Positions 9,254 to 17,915 of a stretch of DNA of 35,247 nucleotides are shown one piece after another. The notes beneath the pieces were generated by a model. That model was given only the letters and a program-made list of their open reading frames with translations, did no database searches and was not told the origin of the DNA. The stretch lies in assembly GCA_011051475.1 (NCBI GenBank), contig DRLE01000007.1, forward strand, positions 1 through 35,247, in the 5' to 3' direction. The stretch is from Gammaproteobacteria bacterium (GTDB lineage Bacteria > Pseudomonadota > Gammaproteobacteria > SZUA-229). The position numbers were made by a program, and so were the translations under genes. Within the stretch, counting starts at the first letter, position 1. Each line of letters begins with the position of its first letter.

Positions 9254-11129
9254 GTTTTTTACGTTTTGATTTCAGTTTTTCCGGTGTGTATTTTTCCATA
9301 TAGCGCTGAATCAGCTTTTTGGCGATCGGCGCCATGGCGCTGCCATGCTCCCCGTTTTCCGCCACTACGGCAACCGCCAGCACCGGGTCTTCCACCGGGC
9401 CAAAGCCGATAAACAGGCCGTGGTCGCGCAGTTTTCTGGCAATGGTTTCCGCATCATACTCCTCGTCCTGGGCAATGCCGAAAACCTGGGCGGTACCGGT
9501 CTTGCCCGCCATTTTAAACTTCATACCCCAGCCGGTGGCGCGAGCGGTGCCCCAGGTGCCATGCACAACCTTTTCCATGGCATGAAAAACAGCATCCCAG
9601 TGGCGTTCGCGGCGAAGTTCGATCTGGGTCTTTGACGGCTCACGCGTTTTAATACTGCCGTCCTCCGCCATATGTACCTCACGCAGCAGACGCGGCACAA
9701 CTCTCTCGCCTCGCCCGGCCAGGGTAGCTGTTGCCTCCGCCAGCTGTAGCGGTGTGGTCAGCATATACCCCTGACCGATGCCGGCAATAAGGGTTTCACC
9801 CGGATACCAGATTTTTCCATGTATGCGCTTTTTCCATTCGGTAGAAGGCACCAGGCCACGGCGCTCACCCAGCAGATCGATACCGGTTCTTTCACCAAAA
9901 CCGAACTGGGCGAGAAAGTCGTGCATCTGGTCAATACCCATGCGATAGGCCAGCTCATAAAAATACACATCACAGGACTGCTCGATGGATTTGGTGAAAT
10001 CGACCATACCATGGCCGGTCTTCTTCCAGTCACGGTACTTGCGTTTGGTCTCATCACCGGGCAGCAGATAGTGTCCTCGGCATAATATAGATTCTCGTAT
10101 GCCAAAGCGGCGTTTCTCGATACCGGCCAGCGCAATAAACGGCTTGAAGGTTGACCCCGGCGGGTACTGTCCGAACAGGGCGCGGTTAAACAGCGGTTTG
10201 TCGATACCATGCTGCAACTCGTTGTATTTTTTATGGCTAATGCCATGCACAAACATATTGGGGTCGTAGCCGGGCTTGCTGACAAACACCACGACCGCGC
10301 CGGTATGCGGTTCAATGGCAATGACCGCCCCGGCAAACTCACCCAGCGCCTCCTCGGCAATATGCTGCAATTCAATATCGAGATTCAGTACCAGATCATT
10401 GCCAGGCACCGGCGGCACCTTTTCGATGACGCGCAATATCCGCCCCTGGGCATTGACCTCAACCTTCTGCTGGCCAACCTTGCCATGCAGTTCGGCCTCA
10501 TAGTATTTTTCCAGTCCGGTCTTGCCAATATAATTGGTGCCCCGGTAATTACCCTCGTCAATCACCGTCAGATCTTTTGCGTTAATACGCCCCACATAAC
10601 CGATAACATGGGCGGTGCTCTCACCCTGCGGATAGAACCGGGTCAGGCGCGCATTGACGTCGACCCCTGGAAAACGGTAGTGATTGACCGCCAGCTTTGC
10701 CACCTCCTCCTCGTTCAGACGGGTGCGCAGGGAAATTCGCTGAAAAGAGCGGTGCACCTTGAGCTGCTCCTTAAAGCGTTTGATATCACTCTCTGTCAGC
10801 GTGACCAGCTCTGCCAGACCCTTGAGAGTCGCATCCATATCCTCAACCTGCTCGGGTATGACCTCCAGGTGAAAAGTCGGCTTGTTTTCCGCCAGAATAA
10901 CGCCGTTACGGTCGTAAATCAGGCCCCGGGTCGGTGGCAGCTCCATCAGGCGAATGCGGTTGTTTTCCGACAGATCGGCAAAATGATCATGATCGACAAT
11001 CTGCAACCAGGCCAGACGCGTAAGCAGCACCCCGATAAGCAACAGGCAGATCAGGGCGGCGACAATCGCGCGAAACCTGAAAATACCCGTTTCATAGGAA
11101 TGGTCGGAAACATGGGACCGGTATGGCAT
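9240..11129 (-). CDS. mrdA: Penicillin-binding protein 2 (elongasome transpeptidase)
   Basis: N-terminal anchor, PBP dimerisation domain, STFKP (SxxK), SCD-type SxN and KTGTA motifs. Paired with rodA. Confidence 0.95.
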   Translation of the reverse strand: MPYRSHVSDHSYETGIFRFRAIVAALICLLLIGVLLTRLAWLQIVDHDHFADLSENNRIRLMELPPTRGLIYDRNGVILAENKPTFHLEVIPEQVEDMDATLKGLAELVTLTESDIKRFKEQLKVHRSFQRISLRTRLNEEEVAKLAVNHYRFPGVDVNARLTRFYPQGESTAHVIGYVGRINAKDLTVIDEGNYRGTNYIGKTGLEKYYEAELHGKVGQQKVEVNAQGRILRVIEKVPPVPGNDLVLNLDIELQHIAEEALGEFAGAVIAIEPHTGAVVVFVSKPGYDPNMFVHGISHKKYNELQHGIDKPLFNRALFGQYPPGSTFKPFIALAGIEKRRFGIRESILCRGHYLLPGDETKRKYRDWKKTGHGMVDFTKSIEQSCDVYFYELAYRMGIDQMHDFLAQFGFGERTGIDLLGERRGLVPSTEWKKRIHGKIWYPGETLIAGIGQGYMLTTPLQLAEATATLAGRGERVVPRLLREVHMAEDGSIKTREPSKTQIELRRERHWDAVFHAMEKVVHGTWGTARATGWGMKFKMAGKTGTAQVFGIAQDEEYDAETIARKLRDHGLFIGFGPVEDPVLAVAVVAENGEHGSAMAPIAKKLIQRYMEKYTPEKLKSKRKKHARK

Positions 11130-11409
11130 AGAATAAAAAAACAGCTGAAGCGGAAGGTTGTCGTTATTATTTTGTTATAGACAGCTTTTTGACGCATTTG
11201 TCACAAAAAACGTCAAAATAACAGAAATATCGGCACAATTATATAGTGTTTACGGCAAATCAGGCTCGACAATTTCTCAACAATCGATAGAATCGCTGAT
11301 AACAGATAAAAGGAAGGCGAGGCGCGCCAGTGAGAAGGCCGCACTCACGCCATATTATTCTTCTAAGTCACTGAAATAACAAAAATTAGCAGGTGACAGG
11401 ATACTAACT

Positions 11410-12513
11410 ATGAAATTAATCCTGATAGGGGCACCCGGTTCAGGCAAGGGCACGCAGGCCAAGTACCTGACCGAGAAATATCATATTCCGCAAATTTCCA
11501 CCGGCGACCTGCTACGCGCCGCTGTTGCTGCGCAGACCCCTTTAGGCCGGCAGGCAAAAACCATTATGGACGCCGGCCAGCTGGTGCCCAATGATATCGT
11601 TATCGGCATGATCCGCGAGCGGATTATCCGTCCGGATGCCGAGCAGGGATTCATTCTGGATGGTTTCCCGCGTAACCTGGCCCAGGCGCGCGCCCTTGAT
11701 GAAATTCTTGATATTCTCGGCCGGCCGATCGATGCCGTGCTGCAATTTGATGTTGATGTTGAACAGCTGATACAGCGCATGACCGGCCGCCTTACCTGTC
11801 TGTCCTGTGGTGCCCTGTTCAATCTGTTCACCAAGCCGCCTGCCATCGACGACAAGTGCGACGAGTGCGGCGGCCACCTGCATGCCCGTAGCGATGACAA
11901 TGAGGAAACCATCGAAAGACGTCTGCAGATTTTCGAATCGCTGACACAACCGGTCAGCGATTATTACAAGCAGAAAGGTATTTTGCGTATTGTCGAGGCC
12001 CATGGTGATGTCGAAGAGGTGACCAAGCGGGTCAAATCCGCCCTGCGCGGCCTGCGTCCGAAGCGCACCCCGGCCAAACCCATGCTGGCGCCAGCCGCAG
12101 CACCGAAAAAAGCCAAACCGGCGGTTACCCACACCCGGGTTGAAAAACCCCAGCCCAAACTGCGTCCACGCAAGAAAATCAAAACGCCCAGCGGCAATAC
12201 CACGGTTAAAAAACTGGATATAAAAAAGGAACTGCCGGAAGTCATCCGCAAGAAAGCGATTACCGCCGAGGCCACGCGCAAGGCCAAAGCGGAAAAGGAA
12301 GCCGAAAAGAAAAAACAGGAAGAGCTGAAGCAGGAGCAGGAACTCGATCGCCAGTTAAAGGCTATTCAGGCCGAACTGGAACAAACCCGCGCCCAGCTAA
12401 AGGCCGCTGCCGATGCCGAAAAAGCCCTGCTGCAGGCGGAAAAAGACAAGGACGCAGCGCTGAAAAAAGCGCTGCATGATGAAACCGAGAAGCTCAAAAA
12501 GAGCAAAAAATAA
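11410..12513 (+). CDS. adk: Adenylate kinase with Cys4 lid and a ~150-aa basic/coiled-coil C-terminal extension
   Basis: P-loop GAPGSGKGTQ, then ISTGDLLR and ILDGFPR. Lid cysteines are at residues 130, 133, 150 and 153. The canonical Adk fold ends near residue 215. The in-frame tail (nt 12055..12510) is PAK-rich, then KAE-rich. Confidence 0.9.
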   Translation: MKLILIGAPGSGKGTQAKYLTEKYHIPQISTGDLLRAAVAAQTPLGRQAKTIMDAGQLVPNDIVIGMIRERIIRPDAEQGFILDGFPRNLAQARALDEILDILGRPIDAVLQFDVDVEQLIQRMTGRLTCLSCGALFNLFTKPPAIDDKCDECGGHLHARSDDNEETIERRLQIFESLTQPVSDYYKQKGILRIVEAHGDVEEVTKRVKSALRGLRPKRTPAKPMLAPAAAPKKAKPAVTHTRVEKPQPKLRPRKKIKTPSGNTTVKKLDIKKELPEVIRKKAITAEATRKAKAEKEAEKKKQEELKQEQELDRQLKAIQAELEQTRAQLKAAADAEKALLQAEKDKDAALKKALHDETEKLKKSKK

Positions 12514-12739
12514 AAGCGTTTTAGGCCGCAAATAACGCAAAGACGTGAATTATTTTATCCGCAAATGAACGCGAATAAACGCAAATGTTAGAGCAGATGC
12601 TGTGCCTGTATTCTGTAAACCAGCGTAGCAGGCATGATCTGCCAGCAACGGCTACGCCTTATGCCGGCCTACACAAACACCCGCGTTCAGGAAACATTAT
12701 TTGCGTTTATTTGCGTCCTTTGCGGCCAAAAACGCTTTT
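12512..12739. repeat. Family A element, copy A3 (three arms, with REP-like insert)
   Basis: Arms at 12524..12549, 12558..12587 and 12697..12727. The right arm is the near-exact complement of the second left arm. The loop carries REP-like R1. The left end overlaps the adk TAA. The right end lies 7 nt from the thioredoxin stop. Confidence 0.85.
12625..12672 (-). repeat. REP-like GTAG hairpin, copy R1 (nested in A3)
   Basis: Minus strand reads GTAGGCCGGCATAAGGCGTAGCCGTTGCTGGCAGATCATGCCTGCTAC. It is bounded by GTAG...CTAC, and its 5' part resembles the E. coli REP consensus GTAGGCCGGATAAGGCG. Confidence 0.55.
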
Positions 12740-12745
12740 AAAAAA

Positions 12746-13126
12746 CTAGGCCTGTTCCTGCGCCTTGGCCTGCTGCTCGGCCACTTCCTTGCGTACCTGG
12801 TCCATATCCAGCTCACGGGTCTTGCCGATAACTTCTTCCAGCGCGCTTTCCGGCAGCATGCCGGCCTGGGAGAAAATGGCGATCTGGTCACGGAATATCA
12901 TCAGGGTGGGGATGGAGCGGATCTGGAAACCGGCGGCCAGCTCCTGCTCTTCCTCGGTGTTGACCTTGGCAAAAACTATGTCGTCATGTTTTTCGGAAAC
13001 CGCTTCATAAATCGGGGCAAAGGACTTGCACGGGCCACACCAGGGTGCCCAGAAATCGATAATGACAATATCATTGTTCTCGATCGTGTCCTGTAACGTA
13101 TCTTTGGTAATCTCTACTGTTGCCAT
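12746..13126 (-). CDS. Thioredoxin (WCGPC) with short acidic/Gln-rich C-terminal tail
   Basis: IIDFWAPWCGPCK active site and a full thioredoxin fold. About 18 extra residues at the C-terminus. Confidence 0.9.
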   Translation of the reverse strand: MATVEITKDTLQDTIENNDIVIIDFWAPWCGPCKSFAPIYEAVSEKHDDIVFAKVNTEEEQELAAGFQIRSIPTLMIFRDQIAIFSQAGMLPESALEEVIGKTRELDMDQVRKEVAEQQAKAQEQA

Positions 13127-13152
13127 AATGCTAACCTTGCCCTTGCGGGTCT

Positions 13153-13188
13153 CTGAAATAAAAAAAGGGGAGCCGTTTCCGGCTCCCC
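13153..13188 (-). terminator. Rho-independent terminator downstream of cytochrome c peroxidase
   Basis: The minus strand reads GGGGAGCCG-GAAA-CGGCTCCCC followed by TTTTTTTATTT. 9-bp GC-rich stem (13167..13175 / 13180..13188), 4-nt loop and a U-tract. Confidence 0.85.
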
Positions 13189-13271
13189 GTTATTTTACCC
13201 CATCCTTTGCAGGATTATCCTTTAATATTAGAAGGGGCTTATATTTATCCTCTTCCCTGCCTGTCTCAGAA

Positions 13272-14312
13272 CTACTCCCTGGCGCCTACCAGGCTGGTAC
13301 CGGCGGTGGCCGGCAGGCGAGGCATGGTGATTTCAGGATATGGACCGGTCAGGGCGCCGAGAAATGCCACGATGTCGGCCACCTGTTTATCACTTAAGTC
13401 CTTGTTCAGCTGGGTTTTAGCCATAACGCGAACCGCCTCAGACAGATCATTGACCGAGCCATTATGGAAGTACGGCGCAGTATCGGTAATATTACGCAGT
13501 GTCGGTACGCGGAACTTATGCGCATCGGCAGCCTTGCCGGTGGCTTCCTGGCGACCCTTGTCGGCCATCAGGTCATACTGTTTGCTGTACTTGTTATCCG
13601 TAAAGGTCGGGAAGGTGGCGTAAAAGCCCTGGCCAACCGGCATTTTCGGACCACTGAAGTTCGCGCCGGAATGGCATGAGTTACAGCCAACCTCGGCAAA
13701 GGTTTTCATGCCCTGAACCTGCTGCGCAGTCATGGCTTTTTTATCGCCTTTGACATAGCGGTCATACGCACTGTTCGGCGTAATCAGGGTACGCTCGAAG
13801 GCGGCAATCGCCTTGGCCGTATTCTCGATAGTCATGGAATCCTTGCCAAAAGCTTTCTCAAAGGAAGCCTGATAGCCGGGAATGGCGCGAATTTTGGCCA
13901 TAACATGGTCATGATTAGGCGCACCCATTTCAACCGGGTTGGTCATCGGGCCCTTGGCCTGGTCTTCCAGCAAATTGACGCGACCGTCCCAGAACTGCAC
14001 GGAATAGAACGCTGCATTCCAGACGCTCGGCGCGCTGCGACCACCGGTTTTGCCATTAACGCCCATGGAAACCGGGCGGCTGTCATCACCACCTTCCATT
14101 ACATTGTGACAGGAATTACAGGAAACGGTGCCGGTGGAGGACAGGCGTGGATCCATATACAGCATTTTACCCAGCTCGACCTTGGCCGGCGTGGTTGGGT
14201 TGTCTTTCGGTGCCGGCGCGACCTCGGGCAGAGCTTCCCAGGCGGCCTGTACGGGAGCGGCAGTGATGCCGAGTAAAGTCAGTGTCAGAGCAGAAAGCAG
14301 GCTTTTTTTCAT
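13272..14312 (-). CDS. Di-haem cytochrome c peroxidase (CCP/MauG family), periplasmic
   Basis: Signal peptide and two CxxCH motifs (CNSCHN, CNSCHSG). FRVPTLRN and PYFHNGS are CCP signature segments. Confidence 0.9.
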   Translation of the reverse strand: MKKSLLSALTLTLLGITAAPVQAAWEALPEVAPAPKDNPTTPAKVELGKMLYMDPRLSSTGTVSCNSCHNVMEGGDDSRPVSMGVNGKTGGRSAPSVWNAAFYSVQFWDGRVNLLEDQAKGPMTNPVEMGAPNHDHVMAKIRAIPGYQASFEKAFGKDSMTIENTAKAIAAFERTLITPNSAYDRYVKGDKKAMTAQQVQGMKTFAEVGCNSCHSGANFSGPKMPVGQGFYATFPTFTDNKYSKQYDLMADKGRQEATGKAADAHKFRVPTLRNITDTAPYFHNGSVNDLSEAVRVMAKTQLNKDLSDKQVADIVAFLGALTGPYPEITMPRLPATAGTSLVGARE

Positions 14313-14402
14313 TGCAGAAACCTCATCGTTGTTGCGAATTATTAGAATGATTCCAATAATACAGTATGATCCTGTTCAGCACAAGTTTTTTATGCCGTTT
14401 TG

Positions 14403-14921
14403 TCAGAAGCTGACCTGGAACAGAATTTCAGGGTAGGTGTTTGAACAATCCACAAACAGGTCACAATCGGCATATTTTTCATAAACCACGCCACCGCCAA
14501 TATAAACGCCGCCGCTACTTGAAAAATAGAGCCCTGCACGACCACCATAGGAATTATAATCATCATAGATGTCGCTACTGATAAAAGTACGCCGGTAGAA
14601 GGCACCAAGGTACGGCTTGAGGGTCTTCGGCTGGGTAAACACGTAACGAACCTGCGGGCTGATCTTGGTAATGGCCGGGTCACCGGAAAACCAGTACTGC
14701 GCATCGATACCCAGCTCCAGGCCTTTCACCACATAATAGCCAACGCCCAGACCGAGAATAATATAGTTATCATTAAAGGCTGAACCGGAACCGGCAACCA
14801 CACCCACGCTGGTAGAGCCTCTGGAAAAAGCGGTACTGACGCCACCGGTGCCGATACCGACGGCCTGAGCCGCTGTCACAAACAGGGAAAAGGCAAAAAC
14901 GGCTAGCATTCTTTTTATCAT
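14403..14921 (-). CDS. Small outer-membrane beta-barrel protein (putative)
   Basis: Signal peptide MIKRMLAVFAFSLFVTAAQA. Alternating Gly/Tyr-rich amphipathic strands. C-terminal ...ILFQVSF with terminal Phe. Start chosen at ATG 14921 because GGAG lies 7-10 nt upstream. Confidence 0.6.
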   Translation of the reverse strand: MIKRMLAVFAFSLFVTAAQAVGIGTGGVSTAFSRGSTSVGVVAGSGSAFNDNYIILGLGVGYYVVKGLELGIDAQYWFSGDPAITKISPQVRYVFTQPKTLKPYLGAFYRRTFISSDIYDDYNSYGGRAGLYFSSSGGVYIGGGVVYEKYADCDLFVDCSNTYPEILFQVSF

Positions 14922-14974
14922 GGCATGCTCCATGGCTGGTTCAGGAAAACCGCAATTTAACACAAGGAGGTAAG

Positions 14975-15077
14975 AAAAACTTTTTCAGTCCGCGAAGAAC
15001 GCAAAGAACGCGAATAAAGCAGAAAAGACATGGCGTTTTTGCGTCTTTGGCGCTCTTCGCGGACCGAAAGTGTTTTT
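14975..15077. repeat. Family A palindromic element, copy A4
   Basis: Left arm 14988..15014 gtccgcgaagaacgcaaagaacgcgaa. Right arm 15036..15064 tttttgcgtctttggcgctcttcgcggac. Lies between the ABC transporter stop and the outer-membrane protein start. Confidence 0.85.
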
Positions 15078-15086
15078 CCCTGAAAA

Positions 15087-16922
15087 TCAGCAGCGGTTGC
15101 CATAGAGGTCACGATACAGGCCATCGCGCTGTATCAGCTCCTCGTGATTGCCTTCATCGATAATCCGGCCGGCATCGAACACCAGTACCCGGTCGGCCTG
15201 ACGCACCGCACTCAGACGATGGGCGATAATCAGCGTGGTGCGGTGTTGCAGGAAGTCATGCATGGCGCGGTGCAGTTTTGCCTCGGTCTCGATATCCAGT
15301 GATGAAGTGGCCTCATCAAGGATGACCACTTTGGGATCGGCCAGTATCATACGGGCAATGGCCAGACGCTGACGCTGGCCGCCGGACAGGCGAATACCGC
15401 TGCGCCCGATAATACTGTCGAGCTGTTCCGGCATGTCCTTCACCACTTCGGTCATCTGCGCAATGGCCAGCGCCTGCCAGATACGCTCATCATCGATATC
15501 ACGGCCCAGGCACAGGTTTTCGCGCACGCTGTCATTAAACATGGCCGGGTGCTGCAGCACGGTTGCAACATTCTCACGCACCACGTCCAGGCCGATATCC
15601 CTGAGATTGACCTCATCGAAATACAGTTCACCGGAATCGGCCGGGTATAACCCGAGAATAATCTGCACCAGGGTCGACTTGCCACCGCCACTGGCGCCGA
15701 CCAGCGCCACCTTTTCACCCCTGGCAATATTCAGGCTGACGCCATCAAGCACGGGCAGGCCGTCGCCATAGGAAAAGTGGATATCGTCAACGCGCAGGCT
15801 GACGGTATGCTTGCCGGCAAACGGATTCTTTTTGTGCGGGTACTCGGGCTCGCGGTGCATCGCCAGCAGGCGATTGATACGTTCCATGGCGGCATTGGCG
15901 CTGTAATAGCTGTACTGTATACCCAGAATCTCCTGCACCGGCGTCATCATAAACCAGAGATAGGCATACACCGCAAACATTTCGCCTATGGTCAGGCCGC
16001 TGAACAGCACCACCACCATGCTGAGCGCACGGAAAAACTCAAAGCCCATCAGGAAAATAAAGAATGACAGCCGGGTGGCGGCATCGCTTTTCCAGCCGAA
16101 AGCCACCATATTGTCACGCAAGCGCCCTGCCCGGTCGATGACCCGTTTCAGGTAATGCCCCTCCCGGTTACTGGCGCGGATCTGCTGAATGGCATCCAGG
16201 GTTTCGATCAGCGCCTGCTGAAACAGCTCGAAGGAAACATTTTCATTCTTCTTCAACCTTTTCACCCTTTTGCCCATCACCATGGTGAAATAGATCACCA
16301 CCGGGTTCATCAGCAGAATAAACAGGGCCAGCTGCCAGTGCATCCACAGCAGAATAGCGGCGACACCGATAACCGTCAGCACCGCAACTATAAACTTGCT
16401 TAGGGTAGCGCCGAGAAAATCATCGATGGCGGTAACGTCGGTGACCAGGTGGGAGGTTACCGCGCCGGAACCGACGGCTTCATACTCGGCCATGGACACC
16501 TTCTGCAAATGCTGCAGCAGATCCACGCGGATGCGGTAGGTAACCTCTTTGGCCACCCGGGTAAATTCTCGCGTCTGCAACACCGCCAGCAGCAGCGCTA
16601 CCAGGCGCAGCAGCATGGAAAGCAGCATAACGATGGCAATAATACCGACCGGGGTCAGCCAGTCGGACGGAAACACCAGCGACAGCGATTCAACAATTTT
16701 TCCCGGCTTGTTCAGCAGTACTTCATCGACCAGCAACGGCATCAGCAGGGGAACCGGCACGCTGATCAGCGCCGCCATCAGGGCGATGGCATTGGCCAGT
16801 AGCAGGGTCTTTTTGTGACGCTTGACGATCGACCAGATAAGCGGCCAGGAATAGGCGTGTCTGGACTCAGGCCTTATGCCCGCATCCGTTTCCTGCTGAT
16901 TATCATTCTGCCGAGAGTTCAT
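15087..16922 (-). CDS. ABC exporter, fused permease/ATPase (MsbA-like type I exporter)
   Basis: Six-TM N-terminal domain. Walker A GASGGGKST, signature LSGGQRQR, Walker B VVILDEATS. Confidence 0.9.
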   Translation of the reverse strand: MNSRQNDNQQETDAGIRPESRHAYSWPLIWSIVKRHKKTLLLANAIALMAALISVPVPLLMPLLVDEVLLNKPGKIVESLSLVFPSDWLTPVGIIAIVMLLSMLLRLVALLLAVLQTREFTRVAKEVTYRIRVDLLQHLQKVSMAEYEAVGSGAVTSHLVTDVTAIDDFLGATLSKFIVAVLTVIGVAAILLWMHWQLALFILLMNPVVIYFTMVMGKRVKRLKKNENVSFELFQQALIETLDAIQQIRASNREGHYLKRVIDRAGRLRDNMVAFGWKSDAATRLSFFIFLMGFEFFRALSMVVVLFSGLTIGEMFAVYAYLWFMMTPVQEILGIQYSYYSANAAMERINRLLAMHREPEYPHKKNPFAGKHTVSLRVDDIHFSYGDGLPVLDGVSLNIARGEKVALVGASGGGKSTLVQIILGLYPADSGELYFDEVNLRDIGLDVVRENVATVLQHPAMFNDSVRENLCLGRDIDDERIWQALAIAQMTEVVKDMPEQLDSIIGRSGIRLSGGQRQRLAIARMILADPKVVILDEATSSLDIETEAKLHRAMHDFLQHRTTLIIAHRLSAVRQADRVLVFDAGRIIDEGNHEELIQRDGLYRDLYGNRC

Positions 16923-17102
16923 TCAGGTAGTTATCATTAATATCAGGCGGCAAACCCCTCCTGGGGCCTGTTAACACTAAATCAACAGCCCCCGGGATTA
17001 GCGTATTTTTTCCATCAACCATCCTGTAAAATCCCATTTTTACATGAATTCATGCGGACGTCTTGACGAATAAGCCGACGCAAATCAATAACGGGAACTT
17101 TA

Positions 17103-17867
17103 ATGGCAGATTTAAAAGCTTTTTTATTTGATGTAGACGGCACCCTTGCCGATACCGAACGCGATGGCCACCGTGTGGCCTTTAACCTGGCTTTCGAAGA
17201 ATACGGTCTGGGCTGGGACTGGAGCGTGGACACCTATGGCAAACTGCTGGAAGTCACCGGCGGCAAGGAACGCATGAAATTCTATGTCGATCATTTTCTC
17301 AGGGACAATGAAATACCGGACAATATCGAAGCCATGATCCCGGAATTACACCAGGCCAAGACCCGCCATTACACCGAGCTGTTGTCTACCGGCGCCATCC
17401 CCCTGCGCCCGGGTGTGGAACGCCTGATCAATGAGGCGCGCGAAAAAAGCTACCGCCTGGCCATTGCCACCACGACCACACCGGAAAACGTCACCGCCCT
17501 GCTTGAACACACCCTGGGCAGCGAGTCTATCGACTGGTTCGAAGTCATTGCCGCCGGCGATATCGTGCCGGCCAAGAAACCCGCGCCGGACATCTATGAC
17601 TATGCCATGGAGAAAATGTCGCTGACGCCGGAAGAATGTATTGCCTTCGAGGATTCAATCAACGGCATCAAATCATCCATGGGCGCAAAACTGAAAACCA
17701 TTATTACCATCAATGACTACACGCGCGACCATGACTTTACCGGCGCCAGCATCGTGCTCGATCAGATGGGCGAACCGGAGCAGCCGTTTAGTGTACTTGC
17801 CGGCGATGCCGGGGATGCGGCGTATCTTGACTGCGAGCTGGTAGAGCGTTTGCATCAGAAAGCGTAG
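17103..17867 (+). CDS. cbbY: CbbY-type HAD phosphatase
   Basis: FDVDGTLADTERDGHRVAFNLAFEEYGLGWDWSVDTYGKLLEVTGGKERM closely matches the CbbY subfamily N-terminus. HAD motifs DxDG and ...FEDS.NG are present. Confidence 0.75.
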   Translation: MADLKAFLFDVDGTLADTERDGHRVAFNLAFEEYGLGWDWSVDTYGKLLEVTGGKERMKFYVDHFLRDNEIPDNIEAMIPELHQAKTRHYTELLSTGAIPLRPGVERLINEAREKSYRLAIATTTTPENVTALLEHTLGSESIDWFEVIAAGDIVPAKKPAPDIYDYAMEKMSLTPEECIAFEDSINGIKSSMGAKLKTIITINDYTRDHDFTGASIVLDQMGEPEQPFSVLAGDAGDAAYLDCELVERLHQKA

Positions 17868-17915
17868 AACGATTGCCGCAAGGCACGCAAAAAGCGCGAA
17901 TGTTTCTGTTTTCGG

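Noticed and set aside
10209-11180. 323-aa plus-strand ORF antisense to mrdA
   Set aside because: It is a shadow ORF within a confidently identified PBP2 gene and has no motifs of its own.
11130-11409. AT-rich 280-bp mrdA/adk divergent spacer with a 73-aa ORF (11158-11379)
   Set aside because: The ORF has a non-ATG start, no ribosome-binding site and low-complexity sequence. I could not define an sRNA or a repeat here. This is most simply a divergent promoter region.
14313-14402. FNR- or OxyR-type operator upstream of the cytochrome c peroxidase gene
   Set aside because: I looked for TTGAT-N4-ATCAA on both strands and found only poor half-site matches with wrong spacing.
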